Of a stretch of 60,972 nucleotides of DNA, positions 36,140 to 46,489 are shown one piece after another. Location: the IMG/VR virus record IMGVR_UViG_3300027852_000043, positions 1-60,972 of that record; one strand, written 5' to 3'. A model generated the notes under the pieces. The model did not search any database. It had not been told where the DNA came from and was given only the letters and a program-made list of their open reading frames with translations. Both the position numbers and the translations under genes were made by a program. The stretch comes from a virus. Taxonomy: Duplodnaviria > Caudoviricetes. The first letter of the stretch is position 1. Each line of letters opens with the position of its first letter.

Positions 36140-36859
36140 ATGGCCTTAAGACTCTCAACCGGACTTATAAATTCGATTTTAGGAAATGCTTCCTTAATGG
36201 GAACTGACCTCGCTTATGTCGACGGTGGGGCAAGTCCTGATACTATTACAGATGCAAGCTCTCGGTTTATTACTGCGGGGTTCAAGGTGGGTGATGCTTA
36301 CACGGTTGCCGGGTTTGCCAGCCCATCCAGTGATCTTACGTCTGCCATTACTCTTACTGGGGTTTTGGCTGGGACGCTTACATTCATTACCGGGACTGTG
36401 CCGTCCAGTAAAGCCTTTGAGGCGGCTTCTATTATTACGGGGGATAATGGGGGTAGTTGGAAGGAACTGTTTGATTATGGGGTGTGTGAGATTTACGATG
36501 GCACACAACCAGCAACCGCTGACCTTGCTCAAACAGGATCACTATTGTGTATCATAAGCAAAGACGGCGCCACGTTTACTCCTGGATCGACCACTAATGG
36601 TTTACGGTGGAGGCAGGTGATAAGCGGTGTGTTGAGCAAAAACGCTGACACCTGGAAGGGTACTGCCACTGCGGATGGGACTGCTGGTTGGGCAAGGTAT
36701 TACGATACTCAGATGACCAAAGGCGCAAGCACTAATGCTGTGCGGTTTGATATGGATATCAGTACAGCGAATACTCAGTTTATGCTGAGTAACGTTAATG
36801 TTGTGACCGGAGCGCCGATCACAGTAGATACCTGCATCTTTACGCAACCATCAGCTTAA
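36140..36859 (+). CDS. Virion structural protein
   Basis: MALRLSTGL, IYDGTQPATAD, GTAGWAR. Confidence 0.7.
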   Translation: MALRLSTGLINSILGNASLMGTDLAYVDGGASPDTITDASSRFITAGFKVGDAYTVAGFASPSSDLTSAITLTGVLAGTLTFITGTVPSSKAFEAASIITGDNGGSWKELFDYGVCEIYDGTQPATADLAQTGSLLCIISKDGATFTPGSTTNGLRWRQVISGVLSKNADTWKGTATADGTAGWARYYDTQMTKGASTNAVRFDMDISTANTQFMLSNVNVVTGAPITVDTCIFTQPSA

Positions 36860-36874
36860 AAGGTAGGGCTAATT

Positions 36875-37249
36875 ATGGCTAAGTATAGTAATCCTAACGC
36901 CCTGGACGCTTGCCTGAATTGGTACAAGACAAATGCTATTGAAATGGTTGTTTGTTCTTCGTATCCGACTACTTACGAGGAAGCCAGTGCGACTTACGCA
37001 TTAGCTGATATAGCTATCGACGCAGGGGATTTTGTCGGGCCGATTGACGGGGATATTGCAGGTGAAAGGGTTCTTGCCGTGAACAATCAGGATAATGTTC
37101 TGGTAGATGTCAGTGGGAGTTCTGCGTATATCGCATTGCTCACGACCAATTCTATCGCTTACGTGACTTCTTGTGGAGCGAAAACTCTCGTGGCAGGGAA
37201 ATATACTACAATTCCCTCATGGGACATAACTTCGGAGCAACCGACTTAA
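36875..37249 (+). CDS. Virion structural protein
   Basis: CS..PTTY.EA..TYALA; in the structural operon. Confidence 0.65.
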   Translation: MAKYSNPNALDACLNWYKTNAIEMVVCSSYPTTYEEASATYALADIAIDAGDFVGPIDGDIAGERVLAVNNQDNVLVDVSGSSAYIALLTTNSIAYVTSCGAKTLVAGKYTTIPSWDITSEQPT

Positions 37250-37250
37250 G

Positions 37251-38573
37251 ATGACAGTTACTTGGAATCCTGCTGATAAAGGGACAGATATATCCCTGTC
37301 TAACGGGGACAAGACCGCTACCAAGACTGCAACAGGTTGGGTTAATTGTAGTGTTAGGGCTACTGATTCACAGGGCGCTGGTAAATGTTATTTTGAAATT
37401 CAAGTTGACGTTGCTGCGAATGAGCAGGTAATTGGCATCGCGACATCTGCTGCTCCGGTAAGTAGTTATTTGGGGAGTGACGCCAATGGGTGGGGTTGGA
37501 ATAGCGCTGGTTATCTATTCCATAGTGGCAATCAAGGTGCATATGGGGGGGCATGGCTAACAGGTAATATTGGGGTAGCTTATGATGGGGTCTTAAAGAA
37601 ACTTTGGTTTAGAAAGGAAGGGGTATGGATAGGTGATCCTGTTGCAGGTACAGGGGAAGCCTTCAGTGGTATATCGGGGAATGTTTTCCCTATGGCATCC
37701 ATATTCGTATTAAACGATGTTCAAAGTTGCCTATTCAGTAGCGATCTCCTTGTTTATGATATTCCGTCTGGTTATGAGGCATGGGATTGGGAACCCCCAG
37801 ATTTAACAGCAGTAGTTACTCTAATTGCTCCATCACCTGTCGCAGCTTTCTATTGTGGTGCGACCATGTCCTTGACCGCACCAGCGCCTACTACTACCTT
37901 TCATTGTGGCGGGAATGTAGCCTTAACTGCTCCTCTCCCTATAATCGAGATTACCGACCCAGCTATTCCCTATGTAGATGATGCGGTTCAGGGGCAAAGA
38001 GCAGATCATGTAATTCTACAAGATTCAACTGTCCCCGAAGGTGATATCGAGCTGATAGCTCCTATGCCGTCAGCCACAACACATTGTGGAGCTACGGTAG
38101 GGCTAACAGCGCCAGCGCCAACGACTGCAATAGCGGCAACGTACTCTGATATAGGGCGCATTATCTTGACTCCGCCGATGCCGTCAGTAGTCGCTTATGG
38201 CGGGGGCCGGGTAATTCTTTCGCCCCCCATGCCAGCTACCGAGGCAGAGGCAACCGTTTCTAAATTCGCTGTGCTATCCATGATAGCGCCAATGGCTTCC
38301 GTGTCGATAGAAGCAACGGTTGGGATTTTGGCGGATATTCTTCTTGCGGCTCCTATGGCTGTTGTCGGGGCCACAGGATATGCCGGCGCTTTTGCTCAAA
38401 TTGGTCTCACTGCCCCCATAGCCACAATAGAAATTATAGGGTATGATGATTTGAGCGGGGATATATCTCTCGTTGCTCCCATGGGTTTACTTGAAATCGA
38501 AGGGTCTATGGGTAACCGATTCACTGATTACGTATTACGATATGATCCTGACCGGACAGGGTGTGAGGGCTAA
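37251..38573 (+). CDS. Tail-fibre-like protein: SPRY/B30.2 domain plus L-x-A-P-x-P repeats
   Basis: TWNPADK...LSNG, GKCYFE, IGVAYD...LWF.K.G.W, IPSGYEAW; about 12 spaced LTAP/LIAP repeats. Confidence 0.75.
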   Translation: MTVTWNPADKGTDISLSNGDKTATKTATGWVNCSVRATDSQGAGKCYFEIQVDVAANEQVIGIATSAAPVSSYLGSDANGWGWNSAGYLFHSGNQGAYGGAWLTGNIGVAYDGVLKKLWFRKEGVWIGDPVAGTGEAFSGISGNVFPMASIFVLNDVQSCLFSSDLLVYDIPSGYEAWDWEPPDLTAVVTLIAPSPVAAFYCGATMSLTAPAPTTTFHCGGNVALTAPLPIIEITDPAIPYVDDAVQGQRADHVILQDSTVPEGDIELIAPMPSATTHCGATVGLTAPAPTTAIAATYSDIGRIILTPPMPSVVAYGGGRVILSPPMPATEAEATVSKFAVLSMIAPMASVSIEATVGILADILLAAPMAVVGATGYAGAFAQIGLTAPIATIEIIGYDDLSGDISLVAPMGLLEIEGSMGNRFTDYVLRYDPDRTGCEG

Positions 38574-38575
38574 CC

Positions 38576-39085
38576 ATGGCTAATGACCGTTTAGGTGCCG
38601 TTGTTAATCTGAATAATGTAGCTGTAACCCAAAGGGAAGGGTTTAATTTTGCAAGCCTTTGTCATTTTGGTGGCACCTGTTTAGGCGCGAATGAGGACGG
38701 GGTTTTCACTCTGAACACTGCGGACACGGACCAATATATCAACGCAGGCAGCCCCGGCACGAACATTGATGCTTTCTTCGAGCTACCAACCAGTGATCTT
38801 GGGATTCCCAACCAAAAGAGAATCCGGCGCTGGTATGTCGGATACGAGACGAACGGGAACCTGTTATTTGAGGTTGCTTTTGATGATGGGAGAACTGAAA
38901 GCTATACGCTAACACCCATTAAGGCAAGCGATAAGCAACATGGAAGCAGATTGCCAGGAACAAGGACGCAAAGGGGCCGTTACATAAAGCATAAAGTATC
39001 GAATATCAACGGGTGTGACTTCGCTGTCGATTCGATTGATATGGCGCTGGTTGTTTTGGGAAAGAGGCCCCCAGGGGCACGATAA
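38576..39085 (+). CDS. Virion structural protein (possibly nozzle C-terminal portion)
   Basis: DLG....KRIR..YVG; RGRY. Confidence 0.6.
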   Translation: MANDRLGAVVNLNNVAVTQREGFNFASLCHFGGTCLGANEDGVFTLNTADTDQYINAGSPGTNIDAFFELPTSDLGIPNQKRIRRWYVGYETNGNLLFEVAFDDGRTESYTLTPIKASDKQHGSRLPGTRTQRGRYIKHKVSNINGCDFAVDSIDMALVVLGKRPPGAR

Positions 39086-40719
39086 TGATATTCCCTCCAA
39101 GTTTTAAATATAACGGGCCGGTGGATGAACAAGCACATTGGTTAAGATTTGGGTCCGTACAGCTTGATGTCCTTCATAGGGATATGAATTTTAACCAATT
39201 AGGCCAATTAAGCCGCCGGTTGGTTGACCAGGCTACGGGAAGAGAGGTCAGGCTTTGGAGTTTCAGGACGCCAATAGGGGCGTTCCAGGATGTTTGTGAG
39301 ATATTTATCCCACAACCTGTGACATCTGTTCTGATTGAGTCTGTTGAAGTTGAAAAAGAAGAAAGAAAAGTCCTGTATACAATAATCGCTGTAGGAGAAT
39401 ATGCAGGGCGTTGGGACCGCGCAAGAGTCAGGAAATATTTCTATCCTTATCATGGCCGACATTTTGGACCTAATCTATATCTATTATGGGATGCACATAA
39501 CGAAAAGCTTTTATGGGGACCTGGAGATGCAGAAGAGATAAAAGAATGTGGGATCGAAATTATAGGCGCGGGAGCAAAATCTTTTTCTGTTAAACCTCTT
39601 GGGGCTGTTGATGAAGAAGGATACGAAGATCTTTTTGATTGGCAACCTGGTGTCCCTATGAGGGCTGGACGTTTATTTAAGGCAGCAATTTGTTTCGGTG
39701 AAGGTGTTGGAGGTGGAAGGGTATGGGGCTTTAATGTTAATGAGGGTACTGAGCCCATAAGGACAATCTCTGACGATACTTTTACCGATTCTGTTACAAC
39801 ATATATATATGGATCTCCTCAGTTTCCTGATTATTGGACTTCTTACCAAATAGCGATTCATACTGAGGAAAGTACCGTCGTTGCGTTAAGTTTGAGAGGT
39901 GTTGAAGGAGAGGAGTTGACGGCACACCAATGGTCTATTGATGATCAGATTCTAACCGGGAACAGATATGGACTGGTAGGTATGATCAGCCAGGATTTTG
40001 AATCTGGGTTGGAAACTGAAGCTGGCAATATGTTTACAGGGAGATCACTTGAAATCAAATCTCCTGTTGGATGGAGAAGTGCTTTTAGGGGTAACGAAAC
40101 TGAAGAATCATCAGGTAGTTATTACAGTGGCAGTGGGCCATATGCCAGTTCAAAATCATGGTCGTACGGCAGGCTCAATTCTGGAGTAATAACACCTATA
40201 GCTTCGCTTCCCGGCGGAGTGGAATTAGGGTGGACTGAGGGTTGGGGGTGGGAAGGTCAGTATAAGGCCTACTATTCTACTGCCAGAACTGATGTGTTTC
40301 AAGGATCGTCAACAATAGGCGGTGTTTGGGCTACAGATGAAGAGGAAGTCGAGGGGCAAGAGGGTAAAAACGATATTATTTTACAGTATTATTTCTACAA
40401 TTATTCAACTATCGCCTACCCCCCAGTTGAAGGTGTAGGGGAATCCGAATATCTTCAGCAGCTTCTTTGGGACGGGGTTCCAAGCAACAAAACAAGACAT
40501 ACGCATCTTATAGCAGGAACTCATAGAGCTGTTGACGCAGAAGAGGAGGGGCCTTTTAATGCCGCTGTAGTGCATGAAGGATTAACTGATGCGCTTACAG
40601 GTCTTGTTGATGAGTATTATGAACGTATTGATCCTATGAATGAACAAGGAATTAATAATCAAATAGATATCGAGATAAGGTTTTTCTATTCTGATAATGA
40701 ATTAGAGATCCCGGATTGA
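39085..40719 (+). CDS. Hypothetical virion protein
   Basis: 544-aa coupled ORF. Confidence 0.7.
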   Translation: MIFPPSFKYNGPVDEQAHWLRFGSVQLDVLHRDMNFNQLGQLSRRLVDQATGREVRLWSFRTPIGAFQDVCEIFIPQPVTSVLIESVEVEKEERKVLYTIIAVGEYAGRWDRARVRKYFYPYHGRHFGPNLYLLWDAHNEKLLWGPGDAEEIKECGIEIIGAGAKSFSVKPLGAVDEEGYEDLFDWQPGVPMRAGRLFKAAICFGEGVGGGRVWGFNVNEGTEPIRTISDDTFTDSVTTYIYGSPQFPDYWTSYQIAIHTEESTVVALSLRGVEGEELTAHQWSIDDQILTGNRYGLVGMISQDFESGLETEAGNMFTGRSLEIKSPVGWRSAFRGNETEESSGSYYSGSGPYASSKSWSYGRLNSGVITPIASLPGGVELGWTEGWGWEGQYKAYYSTARTDVFQGSSTIGGVWATDEEEVEGQEGKNDIILQYYFYNYSTIAYPPVEGVGESEYLQQLLWDGVPSNKTRHTHLIAGTHRAVDAEEEGPFNAAVVHEGLTDALTGLVDEYYERIDPMNEQGINNQIDIEIRFFYSDNELEIPD

Positions 40720-40732
40720 TGGAGGATATGTC

Positions 40733-42127
40733 ATGAATATTGTCAACGTGCCCAATGTAACTCAGACCCTTTTTCCAAGAGAAGGGGATATTTCATCTTC
40801 CGCAGTACAGCTTGCGAATGATCAGTTTATCGCCTCAAATGAAAGAGCAGCCGAAGCCCTGGAGAATGCTAACACATATTTGAGTGAGTTGTGGGCTGTC
40901 CTTACTGGCGTACAAGCCAACATGCCGGAAACAAACATTACTTATGATTACCAAAAGATAAACTTAACCACACCACTGGAAACGTTACGTCCTGAGCCAC
41001 CTACAGATGAGCAACTCACACCTGCAGATATAACTTCCCCTAAATTACTCCAAGCATTAACACAGATATCGGTTCCTGATATCATAGACATGCCAGCTGA
41101 TAATGTTGGTGAGCTTGAATCCCAGGTGCTGGATTATGTTGAAGTGCCATACGCGTCTGATATCGCTGATGCTCTTAAGACATTGTTACTTGATTATATT
41201 GCTAATGGTGGCACAGGACTTGGTGCTGATGTAGAGGCTGCTCTTTTTGCCAGGGCCAGAGCCAGGACTGAACTATCTAACGAAAGGATCTATGAGGAAG
41301 CCGAAGAGTATTTCTCTTCAAGGGGTTGGGATATTCCACCTGATACACTTGGTGGTCGATTAACTGAAGCTTTACAAGAAATAACACGGGCCGACGAGCA
41401 AGTAAATTATGAGATTACAATTGAGCAAGCAAGGTTGGCTCAAAACAACACGCAATTTGCTCTAACAACAAGCCTTGGTCTTGAAGGCCAGGATAAAGAG
41501 CAAGCGAATCAGATAGCGGACAGGGCTCTTGAGAAAGCGAAAGCAGCCGTTGACGTGATTCTTAACACGTACAACGCCAAGATGGTTGGTTTTCTCAATA
41601 GGATTGAGGCGGTGAAAGCCAGTGCTATGGCTGCTGAAGCAACTGTCAACGCTCAGGCGGCTATGAATACTTCGATTGTGGAAGTATACAAAGCTGATAT
41701 TGAAAAATACAGCCAGGACGTGATTAAGGAACTTGGAATCGTTGAGCTAATCGGCAAGGTCTATGGGTTTAAAGTTCAGGGGTATGAGGCTGATTCTAAG
41801 GCAGCGGCGGTTTTGTTGGATGCTGAGATAAAAGAATATCAGGGCAGGATTGAGCAGGCAAATAACCAGACCCAGTTATCTATCAAGGAGGCTGAGTTAA
41901 TTCTTCAGACATACTTGAGTAGCCTGAGCATAGACACAGAAGGTCTTAAAACTCTAGCTCTTATCACTTCGCAAATCGCAGCAAGCGCGTTAAGTGGTGT
42001 CAGCGCAAGTGCAAGTCTTGGGTCAAGTGTGAGTAATAGTAAATCGGAGAGTATTGGGGCTACTACCGCTATTTCCGCTGGACAAACTGGAACTGAAAGA
42101 CACAATTATGAGTACACAGGAACGTAA
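40733..42127 (+). CDS. Helical coiled-coil virion (ejection-like) protein
   Basis: Ala/Glu/Gln-rich heptads; SSRGWDIPP. Confidence 0.7.
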   Translation: MNIVNVPNVTQTLFPREGDISSSAVQLANDQFIASNERAAEALENANTYLSELWAVLTGVQANMPETNITYDYQKINLTTPLETLRPEPPTDEQLTPADITSPKLLQALTQISVPDIIDMPADNVGELESQVLDYVEVPYASDIADALKTLLLDYIANGGTGLGADVEAALFARARARTELSNERIYEEAEEYFSSRGWDIPPDTLGGRLTEALQEITRADEQVNYEITIEQARLAQNNTQFALTTSLGLEGQDKEQANQIADRALEKAKAAVDVILNTYNAKMVGFLNRIEAVKASAMAAEATVNAQAAMNTSIVEVYKADIEKYSQDVIKELGIVELIGKVYGFKVQGYEADSKAAAVLLDAEIKEYQGRIEQANNQTQLSIKEAELILQTYLSSLSIDTEGLKTLALITSQIAASALSGVSASASLGSSVSNSKSESIGATTAISAGQTGTERHNYEYTGT

Positions 42128-42139
42128 GGAGTAATTATC

Positions 42140-42955
42140 ATGGTAAGTTTTGGAGTGAGAAATATTACAGGACAAACCAGGAGGGGTGGCCGATCCATAT
42201 ACAACAGGCGTACAGGCGGAGAACCGGCCTCGAAGATTAGAGCTGAACGTATGGCTCACGAGAAAGATCTGGCCGCGATGGATATCAAGGGGAAGGAAAG
42301 AGTCGTTGGCATGGAAATCGGTGGCAGAGGGCGAGTCGCGGATACGGAGACTGCCGGTGCGATGGCACGGAAGCGGCTGGGGGTTGCCGTGCAAAAGCAA
42401 ATTGCGGATACGGAAGTCGCAGGAAAGAGGCATGTAGCCGGTATAAAGGGTGCGGTTGACATGGCACGGCAAAACCTCATGGCAGGCGTTATGAATCGTG
42501 AGACGGAGCTAAGGTTTGGCCCAAAGGGTATAGAGCGGACCAGAATCGAGAAGGGCCTTACCCCCGGTGCTGCGACAGCCAAAACCCTCGCTTTTAAGGA
42601 AGGGGAATTTGCTAGGGAAAGAGAAGGTACGAGGATAGCAAAACAGCTTGATGCATGGGAAAACCCGTTCAAAAAGAAACGGCAATTGGACAGTGGGGAG
42701 GAAGTGTGGGAAACCCCGGCAGAAATTAAGCAGATACGGATGGACGCGGAGGCATTGCCACAGGGAGAGCAGGAAGCTTATTACAAGAAGGCCACAAAAA
42801 AGTATAAGAAAGATAAAGAAGGTTTAACAGGGAAAAGCATGGAAGAATTGCTCGCACTAAGGACAGGCTTCACAGCATCAGGTGTAAAAAAAGGTCTTTC
42901 GTGGGGCCATTACGCGAATCCGGTAAGCGGCATGCTAACAGATTATACAAGGTAA
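42140..42955 (+). CDS. Putative internal virion protein
   Basis: Basic, helical; position in the operon. Confidence 0.6.
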   Translation: MVSFGVRNITGQTRRGGRSIYNRRTGGEPASKIRAERMAHEKDLAAMDIKGKERVVGMEIGGRGRVADTETAGAMARKRLGVAVQKQIADTEVAGKRHVAGIKGAVDMARQNLMAGVMNRETELRFGPKGIERTRIEKGLTPGAATAKTLAFKEGEFAREREGTRIAKQLDAWENPFKKKRQLDSGEEVWETPAEIKQIRMDAEALPQGEQEAYYKKATKKYKKDKEGLTGKSMEELLALRTGFTASGVKKGLSWGHYANPVSGMLTDYTR

Positions 42956-42960
42956 CTTGA

Positions 42961-45900
42961 ATGCCATACACCTTAGCTGACATAGACGCAGAAATTAAAA
43001 GGCGGGAAAACGAATCGCTTCTTGGTAGGAGCGAACCCCTTGTGGCCCGTGGCCTGGAGATGGAAGAAGCAGACGCCCAAGAACCCACTGAGGCTTATTC
43101 CATCAAAGATATAGGTGCCGGGGCCGCCAGGAGGGAAGAGGGCGTAGCGCCTGCGGAAACGCCTCCCCAGGACGAACTCGGGGCGGATAAACCAGCTTCT
43201 GGAGGGTATTTGCTCGAAGATATTGAAAGGGAAATAGCCAGAAGAGAAGGCAGGACATATCAACCTGCACCATCATCAGGGGGCGGTTTCGCTGCTGATA
43301 TTCATGGTGGCCTTGTTGATCTTGGCGAGATGTATGGCCGATGGATCAGGGCAATGCCTGGTGGTGAAGCTGCGGGCGGTTACGGGGACGGCGAAATTGG
43401 CGCTGGCGGGGAGATTATACGAAAAGCTGAAGAATACAAGGAACGCAAAGGGCTTGATAAGGAAAGAACTGGTCTTTCAAGGTGGACACATGAGGGCGTG
43501 AGGGCTGTTACCACTTCGTTAGCAGCAGGGTTACCTACGGCTGCTGCTGGATTTTTCTTGGGTGGCCCTGTGGGGGCCGTGGTCGGGTTCGGCCTTGGCG
43601 CGGGTACAACCTTCGGTATTGCGGAGTTCGATTCCAGCCTTGAAGAAGCCAAGCAAGCTGGCATTCCCCTTGATAAAGCAATAGAGCCAGCTATTCGGAA
43701 CGGGGTCTATGAAGGTGGTTTTGAGCTGGCAGGGGATCTCTTGAGCCTATATACCCTTGGCGCCACGAAGTTAGTAAGCCCCATTGCGAAAGAAGCTTTG
43801 CAGGGGGGAATTAAAGCCTTATTTAAGACAGGGTGGAAGCAGGCGTTAAAGCGAGGGGCTGGGGCTACTGCTATTGAGACAGGTACGGAATTACTAACTG
43901 CCGGCTTCCAAACAGAAGAGAGAAGGGCGCTTGGTTTAACGCAGCAAACTTTCATGGACGGCGTATCAGAGGCTTTTGGCCCTGCTTTCGTAGCTTCCTT
44001 GATTTTTGTTGGGATAAGCGGTGGTGCGATTAAGCTTAACCGTAAGAAGGCTATCAACACGCTCGAAGATGGGAACGCTGACCCTAAGCAAAGACGGGCG
44101 GTTGCGAAGGCCGTCTACGATACGCTTAAGGAAGTTGACCCTGTTATGGCTGCGTCCTGGCAGAAGAACTCACTTAAAGCGATAGCGAATAAAGAAAGCA
44201 TCCCGACCTCTGATATCACCCCCACCGATGAAAAACTGGAAAATTCCATAGAGCAACGAAATGCGGATGTCGAGGGTGAAGTTAAGGCCCGGTTCAAGGA
44301 GATTCTTGATAGCGGACTGAAAACAGGTGTTGACCCAGAAGGGAAGCCCTTCACAAAAGAATCAGCGGTGTCCATGATCCGGCTCGGGCATAAACAAGGG
44401 GTAATAGATACCGCCGAACTGGAAACCCTCAAAACACAATGGCCGGATCTTACAAACGAGATAACCGTAATCCTCTTAGGTAACAAGATTAGCGATACGG
44501 TTACTCCGAGAGTCGAAAAAACACCGGAGCAGATACAATCGGAGGTTATCCGTAGCATAGAAGACAAACTTCTTGATGACGAAAGCTTGCAGGCAGAAAG
44601 TATAGACAGTAGGCTTGAAGACGAGACATCGCAAGCTGGTTATGCTGAGACTGAAGTAAAACCGCAGGAATCTACGCCCGTCACCATCCCTGAATTTGAG
44701 AACACAGATCAAGCCCTTGAATTTGGCAAAACTGCAACCCCCGAACAAATCACGGAGCTTAAACGCTTTCGGGAGGAAAGCTTGAAAAAAAGCAGGGAGT
44801 TGGGGTCTAAAGGCAAAACACAGGAAGCATTAGACGAAGCTGTACGAGGGCAGCTTTTCAGGGAAGCGGTAGAAGCGAGCGAGACGGGCGAGGCGCAAGG
44901 GACTGAGGATATACTGAAAGGCATAGAAGCCCCACAGCCAGAACAACCACCTGCCTTGCAAGCAGCAGAAAAACGAGGCGTTAAAGATGATGCTTTATCC
45001 GACAAGGCAACGCAGGCTGGAGGGCCAGCACCTGAAACGGGAAAGCAGGAAGAGCCAAAAATCTTCAAGGGTAAAAATGTTGATGTCGTTGTATCCCCGT
45101 CGCCAAAGAAACCCGGTAAATGGCAAGTCTCCATGATAGACAAAAAGGGCGTCCCGAATGGTGACACGCAACACGACACCTACGAGGAAGCCGTTGAGGC
45201 CGGAAAATATGAGGCTGGAATTGTTACGCCAGAAGAAGAAAGGGCATACCAGGAATTAATTGGAACAAAAGTCGAGCCACAAGCCCCACCAGAGGTTACA
45301 CCGGAACTTAGGGCAACGGAAGCCCCTGCGCCAACAGAAGAGGAGTCCATCAAGGAAATAATCGAGTCTCCCAAAGCAACGCAGGCGGAGGTGAAAGCAG
45401 AGAAAAGGAAGTTGAAAGGCCAGATAATCGATGGAATCCAAACAGGAGTGTATACGGGAGCGGTAAGGTTCGGGACAGTCGATGAAATTAAGACCTCATT
45501 GAAGACAGGCAAATTGCCCGTGAGCGAAGAATACGGGGAAGCCCATGCACAGCCTATCACGGGGAAGGATGATGATGCCTTCGCTGCTTATGGGGCGTAT
45601 AACAAACACAACATGGCTATGGTCATCCCTGAAAAGTATATTGTGGAAAAAGTCGATGCCCATACAAAAGAAGTTACCATTGACCCGGAAGTCCCTCTAA
45701 ACGAAATAACCTACTTGATTGATGGGCACGAAAAAGCTTATACTTTTGATGAGCTGCAAGACGCTGTTGGTGAGGAAAAAGCTCCTACTGAAAAAATTGA
45801 GAAAGAACCTGTTGCGAAGGCCAAACCAGAGATTACGGCCAAGGTCGAGGTTGCGCCCAAGAAGCCCGTCCAAATAGAGCAGGAAAAGCCTGTAGTGGCC

Positions 45901-46104
45901 CCCAAGCCTCAGCCGATACCCCAAGCTACCCGTGCAAGCATAGACGTCACCAGCTTACCCACAGAGACGGTTACGGTGAAAAGCAAGGCCATAAGGGAAT
46001 CGACAGGTGAAGTCGTTATAATTGAAGACACGGCCAAAGATGTACTCGAAGATAATAGCAAGTCCATGGAAAGTTACCTTAGCATATTGGAGTGTCTAAA
46101 ATGA
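42961..46104 (+). CDS. Large internal virion/ejection protein
   Basis: 1047 aa; Gly/Ala hydrophobic stretch GFFLGGPVGAVVGFGLGAG; ends ILECLK. Confidence 0.75.
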   Translation: MPYTLADIDAEIKRRENESLLGRSEPLVARGLEMEEADAQEPTEAYSIKDIGAGAARREEGVAPAETPPQDELGADKPASGGYLLEDIEREIARREGRTYQPAPSSGGGFAADIHGGLVDLGEMYGRWIRAMPGGEAAGGYGDGEIGAGGEIIRKAEEYKERKGLDKERTGLSRWTHEGVRAVTTSLAAGLPTAAAGFFLGGPVGAVVGFGLGAGTTFGIAEFDSSLEEAKQAGIPLDKAIEPAIRNGVYEGGFELAGDLLSLYTLGATKLVSPIAKEALQGGIKALFKTGWKQALKRGAGATAIETGTELLTAGFQTEERRALGLTQQTFMDGVSEAFGPAFVASLIFVGISGGAIKLNRKKAINTLEDGNADPKQRRAVAKAVYDTLKEVDPVMAASWQKNSLKAIANKESIPTSDITPTDEKLENSIEQRNADVEGEVKARFKEILDSGLKTGVDPEGKPFTKESAVSMIRLGHKQGVIDTAELETLKTQWPDLTNEITVILLGNKISDTVTPRVEKTPEQIQSEVIRSIEDKLLDDESLQAESIDSRLEDETSQAGYAETEVKPQESTPVTIPEFENTDQALEFGKTATPEQITELKRFREESLKKSRELGSKGKTQEALDEAVRGQLFREAVEASETGEAQGTEDILKGIEAPQPEQPPALQAAEKRGVKDDALSDKATQAGGPAPETGKQEEPKIFKGKNVDVVVSPSPKKPGKWQVSMIDKKGVPNGDTQHDTYEEAVEAGKYEAGIVTPEEERAYQELIGTKVEPQAPPEVTPELRATEAPAPTEEESIKEIIESPKATQAEVKAEKRKLKGQIIDGIQTGVYTGAVRFGTVDEIKTSLKTGKLPVSEEYGEAHAQPITGKDDDAFAAYGAYNKHNMAMVIPEKYIVEKVDAHTKEVTIDPEVPLNEITYLIDGHEKAYTFDELQDAVGEEKAPTEKIEKEPVAKAKPEITAKVEVAPKKPVQIEQEKPVVAPKPQPIPQATRASIDVTSLPTETVTVKSKAIRESTGEVVIIEDTAKDVLEDNSKSMESYLSILECLK

Positions 46105-46457
46105 GCACCAGGGTACTATCCGAGAAGAAAGTGGCTAAGTTACGGCGTGTAGGAAAAATAAAAGATGCATCCGGCAAAAATCTACTTCCAACCAAACCGA
46201 AATCAGGGAAATCGGCACTATCTCCCGATGAAAAATTAGCCAAAGCTAACGAGAATCTTGCAAGAACTGTTTTACATGCTACCGAGACTTACGCTGCGGG
46301 CGTGAAAGTCTTAATGCAGGCCATCGGGTCGATTAATGCAAGGCCACCTGATGTTGTGGTACCAGAAGTAGTAATCCCTGAACCAGCCAAGGAATGGGAG
46401 TTTGTGATTAAAGAGGGGTATGGTGAAAAAATTATCACAGCTAAAAGGGTCAGGTAA
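46101..46457 (+). CDS. Hypothetical protein
   Basis: Coupled ORF. Confidence 0.6.
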   Translation: MSTRVLSEKKVAKLRRVGKIKDASGKNLLPTKPKSGKSALSPDEKLAKANENLARTVLHATETYAAGVKVLMQAIGSINARPPDVVVPEVVIPEPAKEWEFVIKEGYGEKIITAKRVR

Positions 46458-46489
46458 TTGCACTATACAACCAAAGATAAGGATATTAA